Source of the DNA: Arcobacteraceae bacterium
Lineage (GTDB): Bacteria; Campylobacterota; Campylobacteria; Campylobacterales; Arcobacteraceae
Direction of reading: 5' to 3'
DNA length: 13,381 nucleotides
Assembly: GCA_048268245.1 (NCBI GenBank)
Contig: JBLWVX010000050.1
Span: 1-13,381 of the forward strand
Below, piece after piece: positions 7,822 through 13,381 of this stretch (the first letter of the stretch is position 1; the number at the start of each line of letters is the position of its first letter). The position numbers were made by a program, and so were the translations under genes. The notes beneath the pieces were generated by a model that worked only from the letters and a program-made list of their open reading frames with translations, was not told the DNA's origin and did no database searches.

Positions 7822-8229
7822 TTATAATCTATAAGTCACATCTTCAATATCATAATCAACTTCTAACTTTTCACAAACTGAATCAGTTGAAGTGTCATCA
7901 ATATCTATAACTAAACTTTTTACATCACTTACATCTTTTATTTCTATAGTAACGCAAGCTTTTCCACTATCATCATTGAAAACAGCTTTTCCAGCTGTAA
8001 CCACCCAATTTGTTTTACTTAATACAATTGCTGTATCAATATTAGTCAAACTACTATCAAGCATAGCATAACTTTGAATAGCTGTAGTAGCACTTACTAT
8101 ATCTCTTTTTATAGTAGAAGCTTTTGCTTCGTCTTTTGAGTCAATAAACTTTGGTACAGCAACAGAAGCAATAATCCCTATGATTAAAATTGCGAAGATT
8201 AGTTCAAGTAAAGAGAAACCATTTTTCAT
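7822..8229 (-). CDS. Prepilin-type N-terminal cleavage/methylation domain protein (type IV pilin / pseudopilin-like)
   Basis: Class III signal MKNG|FSLLELIFAILIIGIIASVAVPKF with Glu at +5. Two C-terminal-half Cys could form a disulfide. SD AAGGA at 8237-8241. Confidence 0.9.
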   Translation of the reverse strand: MKNGFSLLELIFAILIIGIIASVAVPKFIDSKDEAKASTIKRDIVSATTAIQSYAMLDSSLTNIDTAIVLSKTNWVVTAGKAVFNDDSGKACVTIEIKDVSDVKSLVIDIDDTSTDSVCEKLEVDYDIEDVTYRL

Positions 8230-8312
8230 AATACAATCCTTTATAAAGTAATATAAAAGATTATATTCTGTGTTAGTTTAAATTATAATTAAATTAATTA
8301 TATATTTATAAA

Positions 8313-9761
8313 TTATAAAATATCAGGCATATCCATATTTGTCTCTTTTTCTGTATCAGCTACATTTTCAAATACAACTTCTACAGGTGCTCCATGCTGA
8401 TGACTATCATCAGGCTTATCCACAAACTTAGTAAGTGCTTTATGGAAGTCAAGTTTTACTGTACCTATAGGTCCATTTCTTTGTTTACCTATTATTATCT
8501 CAGCTTCTTCAACTGGCTTATCAACAAAGTTAGATTTATACTCTTCACCTTTGTCTTTCGCTTCTTTTTCTTTTCTTGCTTCATCTCTTTGTTTATACAC
8601 ATCATCTCTATATACAAACATAATAATATCAGCATCCTGCTCAATAGCTCCAGACTCTCTTAAATCTGATAACATAGGTCTTTTATCAGGTCTATTTTCT
8701 AGTCCCCTATTTAACTGAGAAAGAGCAACAATTGGTATTTTCATCTCTCTTGCAAGCATTTTAAGACCCCTTGAAATATCTGAAACTTCTTGGTGTCTAT
8801 CTTTATTTCCAGTACCTTGCATAAGTTGTAAGTAGTCAATCACAACTAATGAAATATTATTATCTTCATTTTGTGCAAGTTTACGCACTCTTGCTCTAAG
8901 TTGATTAATATTAATACTACCACCATCATCAACAAAAAGCTTTTTAGTATTTAAATCATCAAATGCAGCACTTAAATTTGACCATTGGCTATCATCTAAA
9001 TCACCTTTTCTTAAATTCTGTAAAGGAATAGAAGTCTTTGCAGCAAGCATCCTAAGCATAAGTTGTTCTGCAGGCATTTCAAGAGAGAAAAATATTACAC
9101 CTTTATTAGCTTCTACATTGGCTAAAGCCATATTTAAAACAACGGCAGTTTTCCCCATTGCTGGCCTTGCAGCGATAATTACTAAGTCACCTTCATTTAG
9201 TCCTGTCGTTCTTCTATCTAGTGCATCAAAACCTGTTGTTTCACCGATTAGATGTGTATTTCCAAGTTCTTTCATTCTTTTTATATATGAAAGTGTGTCA
9301 CTAGTTATATGTTCCATATCTTTTAGTTCACTTGTAGCACTATCAGTTGAGATTTTATATAACTCACCTTGGATAGTATCTAAAGCATCATTTGCAGGTA
9401 TTTCTTCTTCTATTGCAACTTTTTTAATAGTAGTTGCAAGAGTTGAAAGTTCTCTTTTTATAGAACCATCTTTTATCTCTCTTACATATGCAATAGTATT
9501 TGTGATTGGGTTTGCTGAAAGAATTTCTATTAAAATAGAATCATCAACCTCTTTTTGATCAAGTCTTTTTCTAATAAACTCTTCATCAATAGGCATATCT
9601 TCTTCATGAAGTTTAATCATTACTTCATAGATTTTTTGATGAGCAGGAAGATAAAAGTCTTTTGCTTTTAAAACCCCTAAAATCTCTTCTAACTCATCTG
9701 GATTAAATAAAATGGAACTTAATACAGCTCTTTCGATATTTATACTATAAACACTATCCAT
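8313..9761 (-). CDS. dnaB: Replicative DNA helicase
   Basis: Walker A AARPAMGKT, SLEM, IDYLQLM, LSQLNR, DLRESGAIEQDAD and KQRNGP motifs. Confidence 0.98.
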   Translation of the reverse strand: MDSVYSINIERAVLSSILFNPDELEEILGVLKAKDFYLPAHQKIYEVMIKLHEEDMPIDEEFIRKRLDQKEVDDSILIEILSANPITNTIAYVREIKDGSIKRELSTLATTIKKVAIEEEIPANDALDTIQGELYKISTDSATSELKDMEHITSDTLSYIKRMKELGNTHLIGETTGFDALDRRTTGLNEGDLVIIAARPAMGKTAVVLNMALANVEANKGVIFFSLEMPAEQLMLRMLAAKTSIPLQNLRKGDLDDSQWSNLSAAFDDLNTKKLFVDDGGSININQLRARVRKLAQNEDNNISLVVIDYLQLMQGTGNKDRHQEVSDISRGLKMLAREMKIPIVALSQLNRGLENRPDKRPMLSDLRESGAIEQDADIIMFVYRDDVYKQRDEARKEKEAKDKGEEYKSNFVDKPVEEAEIIIGKQRNGPIGTVKLDFHKALTKFVDKPDDSHQHGAPVEVVFENVADTEKETNMDMPDIL

Positions 9762-10822
9762 TATTTTCTTTTTTGTGCTTCAAGTTCTACTTCTTCAACA
9801 AACTTATTTATAAGTTCATCACCTTCTAATTTAGCAAGGATTTCACCTCTTTTCATAACTAAACCACTTCCTTTACCAAAAGCAATAGCAACATCAGCAC
9901 TTTTTGCTTCTCCAATTGCATTTACAACACATCCCATAACAGATACATCTAAAGGAGTTTTAATATGATTTGTTCTTTTTTCAATCTCAGCTACTGCACT
10001 TACTAAATCAGCTTCAATTCTTCCACAAGTTGGACAAGATACGATATTTAATCCCTCTTTGGCAATTCCTACATCTTTTAAAATTGCTTTTCCTACTTTA
10101 ATCTCTTCTTCTAACTCGCCTGTCATTGAAACTCTTAAAGTATCACCTATACCATCAAGTAGTAATGAACCTAAGGCAATTGAAGATTTAATTGTTGAAT
10201 GAAACTGAGTACCAGCTTCTGTAACACCTAAATGGAAAGCATAATTATTCATAGGTCTTAACATTCTATAAGCTTGAACTGTTCTTTGAACATCACTAGC
10301 TTTTAGAGATACTTTTAAATCTGTAAAACCTAAATCTTCTAAATATTTAATATTATAATCAGCACTTGCTACCATTCCCTCAGGTGTTTGACCATATTTA
10401 TCTTCAAATTGTTTTTCAAGTGAACCTGAATTAACTCCAATTCTAATAGGAATTTGTCTTTCTTGACAAGCTTTTACAACCTCCGCTACTCTTTTTTTGT
10501 CACCTATATTTCCTGGATTAATTCTAATACAGTCAACTACCTCTGCTGCTATTAATGCTAGTTTATATTTAAAATGAATATCAGCAACTAGTGGTAAATC
10601 AACTTGACTTTTTATATCTTTTAATGCATTAGCAGCATCCATATCAGGAACTGCAACTCTTACAATATCAGCTCCTGCAAAGTGTAAAGCTCTTATTTGC
10701 TCTACTGTTGCAGCAACATCACTTGTTTTTGTAAATGTCATTGATTGTACTGGAATTGGTGCATCACCACCAATTAGTACATTTCCTACTTTTATTTGTT
10801 TTGTTGGGTATCTTTTTATCAT
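9761..10822 (-). CDS. ispG: (E)-4-hydroxy-3-methylbut-2-enyl-diphosphate synthase (GcpE)
   Basis: [51 protein letters not shown] and MGCVVN Fe-S ligand motifs. Confidence 0.98.
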   Translation of the reverse strand: MIKRYPTKQIKVGNVLIGGDAPIPVQSMTFTKTSDVAATVEQIRALHFAGADIVRVAVPDMDAANALKDIKSQVDLPLVADIHFKYKLALIAAEVVDCIRINPGNIGDKKRVAEVVKACQERQIPIRIGVNSGSLEKQFEDKYGQTPEGMVASADYNIKYLEDLGFTDLKVSLKASDVQRTVQAYRMLRPMNNYAFHLGVTEAGTQFHSTIKSSIALGSLLLDGIGDTLRVSMTGELEEEIKVGKAILKDVGIAKEGLNIVSCPTCGRIEADLVSAVAEIEKRTNHIKTPLDVSVMGCVVNAIGEAKSADVAIAFGKGSGLVMKRGEILAKLEGDELINKFVEEVELEAQKRK

Positions 10823-10828
10823 AAAAGG

Positions 10829-10836
10829 ATTTTATC
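10829..10836 (-). promoter_or_regulatory. -10 box (GATAAAAT) 6 nt upstream of the ispG ATG; candidate leaderless promoter
   Basis: The minus strand reads TTTTTTAGATAAAAT-CCTTTT-ATG, with no purine-rich SD before the start. Confidence 0.65.
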
Positions 10837-10891
10837 TAAAAAAGATTAAATTTTGACAAAAACTTTTTAAAGTTTTCTTATGAATTGATTA

Positions 10892-10899
10892 GATATACT
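10892..10899 (+). promoter_or_regulatory. Putative -10 box (GATATACT) for cvpA-lysS
   Basis: GnTATACT 25 nt before the ATG at 10925. SD AAAGGA at 10914-10919. T-tracts upstream. Confidence 0.55.
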
Positions 10900-10924
10900 A
10901 TCGCATATTATGTAAAGGAAATCT

Positions 10925-11716
10925 ATGCAAGAGTTTACTATTTTTGATATGGTAATACTTGGTATTACTTTAGTGTTAGGACTTAAAGGGCTTTTTAGAG
11001 GTCTAATCAAAGAAGTTTTTGGAATTATTGGGATAATTGGTGCGATTTTTGTTGCTTCAAGAATATCTGAAAATATTGGAGATTTAATAGCTCCTATTTT
11101 AGCTTTAGAAAATGAAACAACTATTAAATTAATAGGTTTTATTGTTGCATTAATTGGATTTTGGGTTCTTGTTTATATTTTAGGAATGATTATAAGTAAA
11201 ATCTTTAGTGCAAGTGGTTTAGGTATAGTTGATAGAGTTTTTGGATTCATATTTGGTGCAGGAAAAGTATTTTTAATATTTTCAGTTATTGCATATGCAC
11301 TATACCAAGTAGAGTCATTTAAAAAAGCTATTGATGAAAAAACAGCAGGTTCTATAGTAATGCCTCATTTAATTAGTGTTGGTTCATATATTATAAAACT
11401 TGATACAACTAAAATCACTGATTCAGTTGGTGGAGCAGTAGATAAAGTAGTTGAAACGACAAAAGAAGCTACGTCAAACAATAAGCCAACTTCACAAAAA
11501 GTTCAAGAAGCATTAGAAAATACAAAAAATGAAGTGAGCAAAACAGTTGAAGATACAGTAAATGATGTAAAACAATCTGTTGAAGATGAAGTTATCAATA
11601 AAGTAGAAAAACAACTTGAAGATACAAAAGCAGCAACACAAGAACAAATTAACACTGTAAAAGAAAAACTTAACAGCATAGTAAATACACAAGAAAATAA
11701 AGAAGAAACTAACTAA
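10925..11716 (+). CDS. cvpA: CvpA family membrane protein with extended C-terminal repeat tail
   Basis: FDMVILG...GLFRGLIKEVFG, four hydrophobic segments, and a DRVFGFIFGAGK motif. It has a hydrophilic tail of about 100 aa. Confidence 0.9.
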   Translation: MQEFTIFDMVILGITLVLGLKGLFRGLIKEVFGIIGIIGAIFVASRISENIGDLIAPILALENETTIKLIGFIVALIGFWVLVYILGMIISKIFSASGLGIVDRVFGFIFGAGKVFLIFSVIAYALYQVESFKKAIDEKTAGSIVMPHLISVGSYIIKLDTTKITDSVGGAVDKVVETTKEATSNNKPTSQKVQEALENTKNEVSKTVEDTVNDVKQSVEDEVINKVEKQLEDTKAATQEQINTVKEKLNSIVNTQENKEETN

Positions 11717-11728
11717 AGGAATTTTATA

Positions 11729-13252
11729 TTGTTTGAAAATAAATATATACAGCAAAGAATTGAGAAAGCAGATAGATTAAGAGACTTAGGTGTTAATCCA
11801 TACGCAAATAATAGTGATAGAAATACAACAATTAGTAAATATTTAAATGTTAATACAGATATTTTTCAAAAAGAAGATAAAAGAGATGAAAATAGACACT
11901 ACACTGTTGCAGGAAGAATTAAGTTCTTTAGACTTATGGGTAAAGCATCATTTTTAAAAATTGAAGATGAATCAGGAATTTTACAAATTTATGTTGCAAG
12001 AGACAACTTACCAGAAGGTTTCTACAATGACATTTTCAAGAAAAATGTAGAAGTTGGTGATATTATTGAAGTAAGTGGATACCCTTTTGTTACAAATAAA
12101 GGTGAATTATCACTTCATGTACATGATTTAAAAATCTTAACAAAATCTATCTCTCCTCTACCAGAGAAATACCATGGTATCCAAGATAAAGAGTTAAGAT
12201 ATAGACAAAGATATTTAGATCTAATCATGAACTCACAAGTTAGAAAAACTTTCCATGTAAGATCAAAAGTTATCTCTTTAACAAGAAGATTCTTTGAAGA
12301 TAAAGGTTTCTTAGAAGTTGAAACTCCAATGATGCACCCAATTGCAGGTGGAGCAAATGCAAAACCATTTGTTACTCATCACAATGCACTTGATGTTGAT
12401 AGATTTTTAAGAATTGCACCTGAACTATACTTAAAAAGATGTATCGTTGGTGGATTTGAAGCTGTATTTGAAATCAATAGATGTTTCAGAAATGAAGGTA
12501 TGGATGCTACACATAATCCTGAATTTACTTCTATTGAGTTTTATTGGGCTTATAAAACATATAAAGATTTAATTGAACTTACAAAAGAGTACTTTGAATA
12601 TTTATTTGAGCATTTAGATTTACCTACAATTTTACCATATGGTGAATTTGAAATTGACTTCACTAAATTTAGTGAAGTTCCTCTAATTGAATCACTTACA
12701 ACTATTGGTGGAGTTCCAGCTGATATTACAGAAGATAAAGATAAAATTATTGCTTTCATGAAAGAAAAAAACTTAGAAGTAAATGAAGCTATGAATTTAG
12801 GTCAATTACAAGGTGAACTATTTGATGAATACGTAGAAGACAAACTTATCAATCCTACTTTCATTACAGAATATCCAGTTGAAATCTCACCACTTGCTAG
12901 AAGAAATGATGAAAAACCACATTTAACTGATAGATTTGAGTTATTTATTGCAGGTAAAGAAATTGCAAATGCATTCTCTGAGCTAAATGACCCATTAGAC
13001 CAACTAGGAAGATTTGAAGGACAAATGGCTGCAAAAGAATCAGGTGGTGATGATGAAGCACATGAAATGGATGAAGATTTTGTAAATGCATTATCATACG
13101 GTATGGCTCCTTGTGCAGGACAAGGTATTGGTATGGATAGATTAGTAATGATGCTTACAAATGAGCACTCAATTAGAGATGTATTACTATTCCCAGCAAT
13201 GAAACCAATTAAACACGAAATTGATCTTCATGGAGAAGAGGAAGTAGAATAA
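11729..13252 (+). CDS. lysS: Lysine--tRNA ligase (class II)
   Basis: OB-fold ([14 protein letters not shown]), [48 protein letters not shown] and GIGMDRL motifs. TTG start with SD AAAGGA at 11715-11720. Confidence 0.98.
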   Translation: MFENKYIQQRIEKADRLRDLGVNPYANNSDRNTTISKYLNVNTDIFQKEDKRDENRHYTVAGRIKFFRLMGKASFLKIEDESGILQIYVARDNLPEGFYNDIFKKNVEVGDIIEVSGYPFVTNKGELSLHVHDLKILTKSISPLPEKYHGIQDKELRYRQRYLDLIMNSQVRKTFHVRSKVISLTRRFFEDKGFLEVETPMMHPIAGGANAKPFVTHHNALDVDRFLRIAPELYLKRCIVGGFEAVFEINRCFRNEGMDATHNPEFTSIEFYWAYKTYKDLIELTKEYFEYLFEHLDLPTILPYGEFEIDFTKFSEVPLIESLTTIGGVPADITEDKDKIIAFMKEKNLEVNEAMNLGQLQGELFDEYVEDKLINPTFITEYPVEISPLARRNDEKPHLTDRFELFIAGKEIANAFSELNDPLDQLGRFEGQMAAKESGGDDEAHEMDEDFVNALSYGMAPCAGQGIGMDRLVMMLTNEHSIRDVLLFPAMKPIKHEIDLHGEEEVE

Positions 13253-13257
13253 GAAGA

Positions 13258-13290
13258 AAAGTAAAAAGTGAAAAATCACTTTTTTACTTT
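13258..13290 (+). terminator. Hairpin / putative terminator between lysS and glyA
   Basis: AAAGTAAAAAGTGA-aaaa-TCACTTTTTTACTTT, a 14-bp stem with one bulged T, 5 nt after the lysS stop. It is AT-rich, so likely weak. Confidence 0.6.
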
Positions 13291-13315
13291 ACTTAATAAA
13301 ATATAGGAGAAAACT

Positions 13316-13381
13316 ATGAGCTACATATCAAACGCATCGTTAAAAGAGGCAGATAAAGAGATATTTGATATTGTTGAGTCA
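13316..13381 (+). CDS. glyA: Serine hydroxymethyltransferase, 5' part (runs off the window edge)
   Basis: SD AGGAG then ATG giving MSYISNASLKEADKEIFDIVES, which matches the GlyA N-terminal L..D.EI...I..E pattern. cvpA-lysS-glyA synteny is common in Campylobacterota. Only 22 codons are visible. Confidence 0.75.
   Translation, partial: MSYISNASLKEADKEIFDIVES

Noticed and set aside
8277..8323. 47-bp pure A/T run with short palindromes at the end of dnaB, as a possible origin unwinding element
   Set aside because: I saw no DnaA-box cluster or dnaA nearby. Such runs and chance palindromes are expected in intergenic DNA of a very AT-rich genome.
296..12759. Short ORFs 296-496, 1993-2241, 4230-4445, 8394-8663, 9118-9558, 11513-11755 and 12550-12759
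   Set aside because: All lie antisense to well-supported genes and have no recognisable motifs.

Overview
AT-rich bacterial chromosomal window. It is most likely Campylobacterota (Arcobacteraceae-like); this is inferred from protein features, promoter style and the ispG-dnaB and cvpA-lysS-glyA gene order. The right half is housekeeping: dnaB, ispG, cvpA, lysS, the 5' end of glyA, and a lone prepilin-type gene. The left half, on the minus strand, is a surface-polysaccharide export cluster: a large SLBB/OPX export protein, a Wzz-type co-polymerase and a YjbH/GfcD-family outer-membrane barrel, followed by a phosphomannomutase/phosphoglucomutase and the 5' end of galU. The most notable element is a 107-aa secreted, silk-like Gly/Ala protein directly behind the YjbH gene. 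It has its own candidate promoter and 3' hairpin and resembles YjbE/GfcA in architecture, while YjbF/G (GfcB/C) and Wzc/Wzb are absent from this part of the cluster. ispG appears leaderless and translationally coupled to dnaB, and CvpA carries an 11-mer amphipathic repeat tail.
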